From a virus, in IMG/VR virus record IMGVR_UViG_3300045988_098044: DNA of 45,951 nt; one strand, written 5' to 3'. The translations under genes were made by a program, and so were the position numbers. This document shows positions 1-7,563 of the stretch, piece by piece. Each line of letters begins with the position of its first letter. Position 1 is the stretch's first letter. The notes under the pieces are model-generated. The model ran no database searches, was not told the DNA's origin, and was given only the letters and a program-made list of their open reading frames with translations.

Positions 1-99
1 GAACATTTGCTCATGCATGGATTAAAAACGGTGGGAATGATTATCAAGCCGCTATCGAAGCAGGATATTCCCCTGCAACAGCGAAGAACGCAAAAAAGA
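1..99. repeat. Terminal direct repeat, copy 1 (identical to 45853..45951)
   Basis: Base-by-base comparison of both ends: 99/99 identical. Confidence 0.95.
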
Positions 100-1604
100 A
101 CATCATTGAAAAGCATGGAGTGAAAGAATATATAGCAGAACTACAAGCCAAAACAGACAAAGAAAATGGCTATGATATTATGAGTCTTGCAGACATACAG
201 CGAAGACGGTCAATGATCGCCACTGGTGCGTTGCAAGATTCTTTTGGATTTACGCCAGACTTTCCAGATCAGTTAAAAGCCATGAACGACTTAGAAAAGG
301 CTTTGACAGTGCAGGCAAAGGAAGAGGAAGAGAAGAAAGCAAGAGAAGAAGCATTAAGAAATAAAACGTACCACATGGACCTTGATATAATCCCCGATGT
401 GTTCCACCCGATGATAAGGGATGTTAGGAATCATGGACATACAGAATATGTCTTGCCGGGGGGACGTGGTTCTGGTAAATCCTCAACGATCCCGAACATC
501 ATTACTGAGCTAATGAGGAACAATCATGATATTCATTGCCTTGTTGTGAGAAAGGTATACAACACTGTAAAGGATTCTGTATTTGCTAAAACAAAATGGG
601 CAATAACAAAGCAGGAGTTTTCAGAGAAAGATTATAAATATACAAGCTCTCCATATGAAATCACAATGAGAGACACAGGGCAAAAGATATTCTTTCGTGG
701 TGCTGACGATAAAGATAAGATTAAGTCTATAGCACCAGAGTTTGGATACATAGGGATTGTATGGTTCGAAGAATTAGACCAGTTTGCAGGACCAGAAGAA
801 ATCAGAAATATTGAGCAGTCCGCCATACGTGGTGGAGATTTGGCATGGATATTCAAAAGTTTTAACCCACCGAAAAGTGCTAACAACTGGGCAAATCAGT
901 ATTTGCAAGAGCCAAAGGAAAACAGGCTCATTACAAGAAGTACATATCTGGACGTGCCGAAAGAGTGGCTAGGACAGCCGTTTATTGACGAAGCGGAACA
1001 CCTAAAAGAAATCAGACCAGAGGCATACGAGCATGAATACATGGGCATTGCTAACGGTAACGGTGGGGCAGTATTTGAATATGTAGAAGTAAGAGAGATT
1101 ACAGACAAAGAAATAGCACAGATGGACCGCATATATCAAGGCGTTGACTGGGGATGGTATCCAGATAAGTACGCATTTACGAGGACATACTACGATGCGG
1201 CAAGGGAAACGATCTATTTAATAGATGAGCATTGCGTAAATAAGCGATCGAATGAGCAGACAGCCGACTGGATAAAGAAAAAAGGCTATAACGATTATGC
1301 AATCATTTGTGATAGTGCAGAGCCTAAATCTGTAGAGGACTATAGAAACTTAGGTCTTGTGGCACAGGCAGCAGTTAAAGGCCCAGGGTCAGTTGAATAC
1401 GGCATGAAATGGCTACAACGTAGGAAGATTGTGATTGACCCACGGAGAACACCATACGCATACAAAGAAATTACAACGTATGAGTATGATAGAGACAAAG
1501 ACGGTAACATAATAAGCGGATACCCAGACAGAGACAATCATGCTATTGATTCGTTGAGATACGCATACAACAGAGTGATCATGAGGAGAGGAGAGAACGC
1601 ATAA
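3..1604 (+). CDS. terL: Terminase: small-subunit-like HTH N-domain fused in frame to a PBSX/Terminase_3-type large subunit. The ORF starts at 45825 across the junction; track ORF 120..1604 is its 3' part.
   Basis: The frame is open from nt 3. Walker A GGRGSGKS lies at 459..482. The N-terminal segment LTQKQRTFAHAW..AAIEAGYSPATAKNA resembles small terminase HTH domains. No stop codon lies between the two parts. Confidence 0.85.
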   Translation, partial: TFAHAWIKNGGNDYQAAIEAGYSPATAKNAKKNIIEKHGVKEYIAELQAKTDKENGYDIMSLADIQRRRSMIATGALQDSFGFTPDFPDQLKAMNDLEKALTVQAKEEEEKKAREEALRNKTYHMDLDIIPDVFHPMIRDVRNHGHTEYVLPGGRGSGKSSTIPNIITELMRNNHDIHCLVVRKVYNTVKDSVFAKTKWAITKQEFSEKDYKYTSSPYEITMRDTGQKIFFRGADDKDKIKSIAPEFGYIGIVWFEELDQFAGPEEIRNIEQSAIRGGDLAWIFKSFNPPKSANNWANQYLQEPKENRLITRSTYLDVPKEWLGQPFIDEAEHLKEIRPEAYEHEYMGIANGNGGAVFEYVEVREITDKEIAQMDRIYQGVDWGWYPDKYAFTRTYYDAARETIYLIDEHCVNKRSNEQTADWIKKKGYNDYAIICDSAEPKSVEDYRNLGLVAQAAVKGPGSVEYGMKWLQRRKIVIDPRRTPYAYKEITTYEYDRDKDGNIISGYPDRDNHAIDSLRYAYNRVIMRRGENA

Positions 1605-1783
1605 TGATGATAAATCTAAAAGATGTAACTTGTATACAAATTGGAAATGTAATGTTAGGCATCAAGGATATAGAAAAAATATCTATCCATGATGGTGGGG
1701 TTTGGCTTACGATTAATGGAGATTTGATACAAGGAGATATAGAAACAAAAATCGGAAACGTTAAACTGATAGCGGTGGAATAG
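1604..1783 (+). CDS. Hypothetical 59-aa protein (below the track length cutoff)
   Basis: ATG overlaps the terminase stop (TAATG). GAGGAGAGGAGAG RBS about 8 nt upstream. The stop abuts the portal ATG (TAGATG). Confidence 0.5.
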   Translation: MMINLKDVTCIQIGNVMLGIKDIEKISIHDGGVWLTINGDLIQGDIETKIGNVKLIAVE

Positions 1784-3202
1784 ATGGGTATAATAAGCAG
1801 AATGAAAGAGATATTAAGTAACCTTTTTAGGCAAAAAGCAAGAGACGAATTTAAGATTGATACTGTTACCAGTCCAGAGATGCAGAGAGCTATAGAAAAG
1901 TGTGCATACATCTATAAGGGCAGTCCGTACTGGTTAGACAAGGACGAACATATCAAGACTATCAACTTTGCAAAAGCGGTGTGTTCGGAGACAGCACGCC
2001 TTGCTACACTTGCAATAGGCGTAGAGATAGATGGCAGTGCAAGAGCTAATTGGTTGCAGGAGCAGATAGACAAGGAACTAGAACAGGTACGACATCACGT
2101 AGAATATGGCTGTGCATACGGTACAGTAGTATTAAAGCCTAACGGCTCAAGTGTGGACTTGATCACGCCAGAAAACTTTATTGTAACAGACGAAAGCAAT
2201 GGAGAGATTCAAGGGATTGTATTTGTGCATCGTGAAATTTCCAGTGATGGCAAGACATACTACACTAAACTAGAATATCACAGATATATTGAGGATGTAT
2301 ATCAGATCACAAATAGGTGCTATGCTTCTAAGGATGCCAACGATACAGGAAAACCGATTGACATAGACGAGACACCTTGGAGGGGAGAACTAGAGGATGT
2401 AGGACTTACAAACCTAAACGGACAACGTCTGTATGCAGTTCTAAGAACACCGCAGGCGAACAATGTAGACTTGCATTGTAGTTTAGGATTGCCTATCTTT
2501 TACGAAGCAATAGAAGAGCTAAAAGATTTAGACACTGCATACAGCAGGAACGCAACAGAGATATTCGACAGCCGAAGAATGTTGTTACTAGACTCCGACA
2601 AGCTGTTAGAGACTGGTACAAGGGTAAATAATACACAGGATGGATTTGAGAGAAGCAAGAAGCGGTTAAGATTGCCAGAGTACGTCAAGAATGTAAATAG
2701 CTCAGACATTAAAGGATTCTATCAAGAGGTAAACCCAAGTCTCAACACGGATACACGATTGACAGGAATCAATGCATTGTTAAGCCAGATCGGCTATAAA
2801 TGCGGATTCTCCAATGGATACTTTGTATTTAACGAAACGGCAGGCATCCAGACAGCAACAGGAGTTGAAGCAGAGCAACAGAGGACGATACAATTTGTTA
2901 AGGACGTAAGAGACAAATTACAAGCCTGCATGGATGATCTGATTGCAGCACTTAATATATTCGCTGATCTGTATCAATTAGCACCAAGAGGACCGTATGA
3001 AACCGTGTATGACTTTGGAGACATTACATACAACGAAGATGAAGATAGAGCGAGATGGTACAGCTATGTTACTTCCAACAAGATTCCATTCTGGTACTAT
3101 CTAGTTAAATTTGAGGGATTCAGTGAAGAAGAAGCAAAAGCACTTGAAGAAGAAGCACAACCGAAAGAGCCAGACTTATTCGGTGCAAGCGGAGAGGAGT
3201 GA
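1784..3202 (+). CDS. Portal protein (SPP1 gp6-like)
   Basis: 472 aa, directly downstream of the terminase. Its N-terminal sequence pattern is typical of Firmicutes phage portals. Confidence 0.85.
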   Translation: MGIISRMKEILSNLFRQKARDEFKIDTVTSPEMQRAIEKCAYIYKGSPYWLDKDEHIKTINFAKAVCSETARLATLAIGVEIDGSARANWLQEQIDKELEQVRHHVEYGCAYGTVVLKPNGSSVDLITPENFIVTDESNGEIQGIVFVHREISSDGKTYYTKLEYHRYIEDVYQITNRCYASKDANDTGKPIDIDETPWRGELEDVGLTNLNGQRLYAVLRTPQANNVDLHCSLGLPIFYEAIEELKDLDTAYSRNATEIFDSRRMLLLDSDKLLETGTRVNNTQDGFERSKKRLRLPEYVKNVNSSDIKGFYQEVNPSLNTDTRLTGINALLSQIGYKCGFSNGYFVFNETAGIQTATGVEAEQQRTIQFVKDVRDKLQACMDDLIAALNIFADLYQLAPRGPYETVYDFGDITYNEDEDRARWYSYVTSNKIPFWYYLVKFEGFSEEEAKALEEEAQPKEPDLFGASGEE

Positions 3203-3206
3203 AAGT

Positions 3207-3437
3207 ATGGGAAAGTACAGGATTGAAAAATACCTTGAATACCTTAATGGCGAAGATGTAAAACTGCCCGAACCATTTACAAAACAAAAAAAGCTGTTGT
3301 ACAACATCTGCAAAAAGGGAGTTACAGGCAGTACAGAAACAGACAAAACATTAACGCAAGAGGGCAAGCCTGCGGATGCGGCAGTAGTTGGAAAGATGCT
3401 AGATGCGGCACTAATGGTAAAAGACCCAGAAGAATAG
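3207..3437 (+). CDS. Hypothetical 76-aa protein carrying a fibre-type motif (DKTLTQEGKPADAAVVGK)
   Basis: ATG at 3207 with GGAGAGGAG RBS. The longer track ORF 3111..3437 overlaps the portal. The motif is shared with the tail fibre gene at 22819..22871. Confidence 0.6.
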   Translation: MGKYRIEKYLEYLNGEDVKLPEPFTKQKKLLYNICKKGVTGSTETDKTLTQEGKPADAAVVGKMLDAALMVKDPEE

Positions 3438-3449
3438 GCAGGTGGGATT

Positions 3450-4667
3450 ATGTTAACACCTACCTATCTCTGGTATGTGCCAGAAAAGGCAGAGAAGCAA
3501 GCAGAAGAGCTACATAACAAGATAGTATCTGTCATTATAGAGCGAATGATGATAAGGCTAGGACGTGGGGAAGATTACCTTTTTACTCCTATTGACAAGT
3601 GGCAGATGGATGTATTGCAGGATGCAGGGTATATCTTGCAAGCGGTACAGGCAGAGATAGCACAAACGACAAAGATAAGTATTGCAGAGATCGCACGCAC
3701 TATGAAAGAAGCAGGAATCAAGGCTCTTGAATGGGATGATACAATCTACAAGAAAGCAGGTCTTGAACCAACACCACTCGGGGAAAGTCCTTATCTACAG
3801 AGACTGTTGCAAAGGGATTATGAAAAGACCAAGGGAGAGATGTATAACTTTACTGGCACGATGCCGAACGCCTGCCATGATAATTATATTAAAGCAGTGG
3901 ATAAAGCATATACACAGACTGCAAGCGGTACAACGAGCTACACAGAAGCGGTCAAAGAAGCTGTTAACGACATTATAGACAAGGGTGCAGATGTAACATA
4001 CCCTAGCGGACGTAGAGACAGCATAGAGACAGCTACAGCGAGAGCGGTCCGTACTGGTGTAAGCCAAATGGCAGCAGATATTACAGATGCACGTATGGAC
4101 GAGATGAACTGGGATATAATTCTCACGTCTGCACATTTAGGAGCAAGAATTGGAGACGGTGGAGACAACTTAACAAATCATTACTGGTGGCAAGGCAAGT
4201 TTTACAGCAAAAGCGGTAATGACCAAAGATTTCCGCCTTTTTCGGTCTGCGGTATGGGAAACGTGCAGGGAATCCATGGGGCAAACTGCCGGCACTCCCA
4301 CGGTCCGGGGGATGGAACAAACAATCCGTTTGAGGACTACGACAGCGAAGAGAATCGCAAAGAATATGAAAAACGGAAACGACAGAGAGAGCTTGAAAGA
4401 CGTATCAGAAAGACGAAACGACAGTTAATCGGCATGAAAACGGCTGTGGATAATGCAAAGGACGAAGCCTTAAAGCACGATCTTGACATGGAGTATCAGA
4501 AAAAGGCGGCACTATTGCAGAAGCAAAACAAAGCCTACAATGATTACTGCAAAGAGAACAATCTTAAGAAGCAGAGCGAACGACTAAACACAGCAGATTG
4601 GAACAGGAGTCAAGCATCATCAGCACGAGGTGCAGCAACACGATACAACAATGCACGAGGTAAATAA
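3450..4667 (+). CDS. Minor capsid / head morphogenesis protein (MuF / SPP1 gp7-like)
   Basis: 405 aa, positioned after the portal. Contains a GANCRHS motif and a basic coiled C-terminus typical of this family. Confidence 0.75.
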   Translation: MLTPTYLWYVPEKAEKQAEELHNKIVSVIIERMMIRLGRGEDYLFTPIDKWQMDVLQDAGYILQAVQAEIAQTTKISIAEIARTMKEAGIKALEWDDTIYKKAGLEPTPLGESPYLQRLLQRDYEKTKGEMYNFTGTMPNACHDNYIKAVDKAYTQTASGTTSYTEAVKEAVNDIIDKGADVTYPSGRRDSIETATARAVRTGVSQMAADITDARMDEMNWDIILTSAHLGARIGDGGDNLTNHYWWQGKFYSKSGNDQRFPPFSVCGMGNVQGIHGANCRHSHGPGDGTNNPFEDYDSEENRKEYEKRKRQRELERRIRKTKRQLIGMKTAVDNAKDEALKHDLDMEYQKKAALLQKQNKAYNDYCKENNLKKQSERLNTADWNRSQASSARGAATRYNNARGK

Positions 4668-4999
4668 TGGATACTATAAACGAAATTGTGGTAGCCTGTG
4701 GGTGGATTATTACAATTGGTGGAGCTATAGGAGTATTGTACACTGCCTATAAGCATTACAAGAAGCCTACAGACGATTTGGAACAGCGAATAGAACATAT
4801 AGAAACAGATATCAAAGAAATTAATCAAAAGCTCAATAGTGACTATAGTACGATCAACAAACAGCAAGACGATATGAACTTAGTCATGAAGAGTATGTTT
4901 AATTTGATTGAGAATAAGATTACTGGAAACAACATTGAGGGTCTAAAAAAAACCAGAGACGATCTGATAAATGCACTGACAACACACGACAAACAGTGA
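4667..4999 (+). CDS. Hypothetical N-terminally membrane-anchored coiled-coil protein
   Basis: TAATG overlap with the upstream gene. Hydrophobic segment VVACGWIITIGGAIGVLYTAY followed by a heptad-like region. Confidence 0.6.
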   Translation: MDTINEIVVACGWIITIGGAIGVLYTAYKHYKKPTDDLEQRIEHIETDIKEINQKLNSDYSTINKQQDDMNLVMKSMFNLIENKITGNNIEGLKKTRDDLINALTTHDKQ

Positions 5000-5211
5000 G
5001 GTGTTTGCTTTTGAAAGTATATGATTTTACCGTACCCGAACTAAATATGTTCCGTACGTATTGCAACTTCACAGATGTTGAAAGAACATTGTTCGAGTAT
5101 CGGGCAAAGAATATACCACTGGATAAATGTGCAGAGCTTATGAACGTAAGTCTGTCTACAGCAAAGAGAATCAGCAGGAGAGTTAATAACAAGATTATTA
5201 GAGTATGTTAG
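4996..5211 (+). CDS. Small HTH protein, sigma-70 region-4-like (possible late regulator); the start may be TTG 5011
   Basis: C-terminal LDKCAELMNVSLSTAKRISRRV resembles a sigma region 4 / LuxR-type HTH. GAGG RBS at 4998. Confidence 0.5.
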   Translation: MRCLLLKVYDFTVPELNMFRTYCNFTDVERTLFEYRAKNIPLDKCAELMNVSLSTAKRISRRVNNKIIRVC

Positions 5212-5220
5212 GAGAAGAAA

Positions 5221-5484
5221 ATGGGAAGTAGAGAATTTTTAGCAGTATGCAAAGCCAAGATTGCAGATTATGTGAATGATCATATTGATAAGACAGATCA
5301 GAAACATCTTACGATCAACGATATATACGTTGTCTGGTATGCTAAGACATTACAGAATCATAAAGCACTTTTAAGCACGACATTATCCGATGGAATGTAT
5401 TATGAAATGACATTTAACGGAGATAAGAGGGAGCTATACATGGATGCTTATAAGAAGTGGGAAAATGTCAAATTTGATATGTAA
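5221..5484 (+). CDS. Conserved small phage protein, function unknown
   Basis: AGGAGAA RBS; 87 aa; co-oriented with its neighbours. Confidence 0.6.
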   Translation: MGSREFLAVCKAKIADYVNDHIDKTDQKHLTINDIYVVWYAKTLQNHKALLSTTLSDGMYYEMTFNGDKRELYMDAYKKWENVKFDM

Positions 5485-5508
5485 TGGACAATGAAAAAAA
5501 GAGGGGGA

Positions 5509-5536
5509 TTGAAAAGGTAAAAATCCATGATACAAT
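5509..5536 (+). promoter_or_regulatory. Sigma-A-type promoter: TTGAAA, 16-nt spacer, TGaTACAAT (extended -10)
   Basis: Read directly from the sequence. Near-identical architecture at 9027..9055 and 27588..27615. Confidence 0.5.
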
Positions 5537-5631
5537 ATAAATGTAACAAGTAATAAGTTGTTGAATAAATTATTATAAGATTTCATTTTTAGTTTTAAAT
5601 GAGAGTGGTTTGTTTCGGAGATACTTTTTCA

Positions 5632-5640
5632 TGTTATAAT
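5632..5640 (+). promoter_or_regulatory. Extended -10 element TGtTATAAT about 65 nt upstream of the tRNA
   Basis: Sequence match only; the -35 is poor. Confidence 0.3.
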
Positions 5641-5704
5641 ACTTTAATCCTTTCTTTATTGTTTTGTTATGTATATAGTACGGTGGATTCCTCACGGAGT
5701 CCGT

Positions 5705-5778
5705 GGAAGTATAACTCAGTTGGTCAGAGTAGTCGGCTCATAACCGACCTGTCACAGGTTCGAGTCCTGTTGCTTCCA
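5705..5778 (+). tRNA. tRNA with anticodon CAU (Met, or Ile2 if lysidine-modified)
   Basis: Hand-folded cloverleaf. Acceptor GGAAGTA/TGCTTCC, D stem ACTC/GAGT, anticodon arm GTCGG-CTCATAA-CCGAC, T arm ACAGG-TTCGAGT-CCTGT, discriminator A. Total 74 nt. Confidence 0.85.
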
Positions 5779-5907
5779 TTTGCTCACTGTTGTGAGCATG
5801 AGAAATCATTTTTGAATTTCCTCAATTTTTTGGTTTAAATTTCATTTTTCAACACGACACCTTTTTTCATCAATTGGTGTTCCCCAATCTTATCCTTATT
5901 GTTCAAA

Positions 5908-5939
5908 CACCATGACCCCTATCATGGTGCTAATTTTTT
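5908..5939 (+). terminator. Intrinsic terminator-like hairpin (CACCATGA / TCATGGTG) with a T-run
   Basis: 8-bp stem and 6-nt loop; TTTTTT follows 4 nt downstream. Confidence 0.45.
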
Positions 5940-5960
5940 AATTTAATATGATACTTTTAT

Positions 5961-5993
5961 GAGACTTTAACGACCTGTTAGAGTCTCTTTTTT
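5961..5993 (+). terminator. Strong intrinsic terminator (GAGACTTTAAC / GTTAGAGTCTC + TTTTTT)
   Basis: 11-bp stem (one G-U pair), 5-nt loop, immediately followed by T6. Confidence 0.7.
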
Positions 5994-5995
5994 AA

Positions 5996-6004
5996 TGCGA
6001 TAAT
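5996..6004 (+). promoter_or_regulatory. Extended -10 element TGcGATAAT just upstream of the cassette
   Basis: Sequence match; lies between the terminator and the RBS of the 6030 gene. Confidence 0.3.
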
Positions 6005-6029
6005 TTACACATAAAAGGGAGGTGGAAGA

Positions 6030-6467
6030 GTGAACGGATATAACTATAATCCTTATGCACCAATGTATCAGCAGGATACAATGCAGTTGCAGGATAGGCT
6101 AAATCAGTTACAGCAAATGCAACAGCAGTACAATAAACCAATGCCAGAGACACAAGTTCCAACACAGAATGTTAATTGGATACAAGTTGCAGGCATAGAG
6201 GGAGCAAAGAACCAGATCGTACAGCCAGGGGCTACAGCATGGATGATGGATAACAACGCACCTTTCTTTTATGTAAAGAGTGTAGATGGAATGGGCAGTG
6301 CAACTTTTAAGGTATTTAGATTCGAGGAGATACCGCCAGAAGCCACGCAGAACGCCCAAAAACAAAATGTAAACTATGATAATAGATATGTTACAAGAAC
6401 AGAGTTTGAAGAACTTCTAGCAAAGCTAGGAGAGCAACCAGAGAAAGGAGAGTTAAGCAATGAGTAA
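6030..6467 (+). CDS. Cassette gene 1: protein with a Q/N/Y-rich N-terminus and a globular C-domain; function unknown
   Basis: GTG start 5 nt after the GGGAGGTG RBS. N-terminal sequence NGYNYNPYAPMYQQ..LQQMQQQYN. Confidence 0.7.
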   Translation: MNGYNYNPYAPMYQQDTMQLQDRLNQLQQMQQQYNKPMPETQVPTQNVNWIQVAGIEGAKNQIVQPGATAWMMDNNAPFFYVKSVDGMGSATFKVFRFEEIPPEATQNAQKQNVNYDNRYVTRTEFEELLAKLGEQPEKGELSNE

Positions 6468-6717
6468 TCCTTTAATGAACATGATAGGCGGTATGATAGG
6501 AAACAACAACCCTATGCAAATGGTACAGCAGGTAATGGGCATGGTAAGAGGGTCTAACAATCCGCAGTCTATGGTTGAGAGCATGGCACAGACAAACCCT
6601 GCGATCAAGCAGGCAATGGAAATGTGCAAGGGAAAGAACCCACAAGAAGTGTTTAATAGCCTATGCCAACAGCAGGGCATGAATCCACAGGATATTGTGG
6701 ACAAAGTGAACAAATAG
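6460..6717 (+). CDS. Cassette gene 2: 85-aa M/Q/N/P-rich protein with five NP-initiated repeats; function unknown
   Basis: AAAGGAGAG RBS. Repeats NNPMQMV, NNPQSMV, TNPAIKQ, KNPQEVF, MNPQDIV. Confidence 0.7.
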   Translation: MSNPLMNMIGGMIGNNNPMQMVQQVMGMVRGSNNPQSMVESMAQTNPAIKQAMEMCKGKNPQEVFNSLCQQQGMNPQDIVDKVNK

Positions 6718-6767
6718 ATATTAAGCGGTGCACAGCTTGGTAAATAAATTTATGGAGGACAACAACA

Positions 6768-7457
6768 ATGAATGAAGCAATGGGACTCACTGCGGCAGAT
6801 GTAGCGGCAGTGACAAGAAATGACGGATATGATAACGGCTTCGGCAACGGTGGTTGGTGGATTTGGATTATCTTAATTGCTTTCCTTTTCTGTGGTAACG
6901 GATGGGGAAGAAATAACGATACCGCAACGACCGCAGGCGAAAATGCTTTCTTATCCGATGAGTTTGTTAAGAGAGATATTTTCAATACAAACCAGAACGT
7001 ATCTAATACAGCTTGTCAGACACAGAGAGACGTATTAGAAAGCAGATACACAACACAGTTAGGATTACAGCAGATGCAGGCACAACAGCAGGCTTGTTGC
7101 TGTGAAACACAGAAAGAAGTGTTACAGAACCGCTATGATGCGGCTTTAATGGCCCAGAATATGCAGGCACAGATGGCACAGTGTTGCTGTGATATTAAGG
7201 AAACAATCCTCGCAGACGGACAGGCTACACGCCAGTTGATGCAGGACAACACAATCCAGAATCTTAGAGATAAACTTGCGGACAGAGATAGAGACTTACA
7301 GTTATCTAACTTCCAGATTTCGCAGGTATCACAGACTAAGAACATTGTGGATGCTGTTAGACCATTCCCAACACCTGCATACATTACAGCAAGTCCTTAT
7401 GTATCCTATAATGGGTATGCATACGGTGGTTGCAACTGCGGAAGTGTAAATGTGTAA
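6768..7457 (+). CDS. Cassette gene 3: membrane-anchored coiled-coil protein with two CCC cysteine triplets and a C-terminal GGCNCG; function unknown
   Basis: GGAGGA RBS. TM segment GGWWIWIILIAFLFCGNGW. TGT-TGC-TGT codons at 7095..7103 and 7182..7190. Confidence 0.75.
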   Translation: MNEAMGLTAADVAAVTRNDGYDNGFGNGGWWIWIILIAFLFCGNGWGRNNDTATTAGENAFLSDEFVKRDIFNTNQNVSNTACQTQRDVLESRYTTQLGLQQMQAQQQACCCETQKEVLQNRYDAALMAQNMQAQMAQCCCDIKETILADGQATRQLMQDNTIQNLRDKLADRDRDLQLSNFQISQVSQTKNIVDAVRPFPTPAYITASPYVSYNGYAYGGCNCGSVNV

Positions 7458-7517
7458 ATAAATCAAGCTTGTTGGAAGAATCCATATCTACTAAGTAGAC
7501 TAGCAATATATTGACGA

Positions 7518-7546
7518 TAGGGTGTCGGGTTCGGCATCCTATTTTT
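7518..7546 (+). terminator. Intrinsic terminator (TAGGGTGTCG / CGGCATCCTA + TTTTT)
   Basis: 10-bp stem including two G-U pairs, 4-nt loop, T-run. Confidence 0.5.
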
Positions 7547-7563
7547 GTTTAGGAGGGAAAATT

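Noticed and set aside
1-99. The 99-nt terminal repeat as a biological direct terminal repeat or cos region
   Set aside because: It lies in the middle of the terminase ORF and is exactly k-mer-like in length. An assembly overlap of a circular or circularly permuted genome is more likely, though this needs read-level confirmation.
632-4867. Numerous 60-110-aa minus-strand or alternative-frame track ORFs inside the terminase, portal and MuF-like genes (and similar ones throughout the late region)
   Set aside because: All are nested within well-supported genes, lack an RBS, and show the Ser/Leu/Cys/Phe-rich composition typical of antisense translation.
5599-5838. Track ORF of 79 aa on the plus strand
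   Set aside because: It runs straight through the tRNA(CAU) cloverleaf and the following hairpin, has no RBS, and has an implausible Cys/Phe/Leu-rich composition. It is an artefact of an AT-rich non-coding island.
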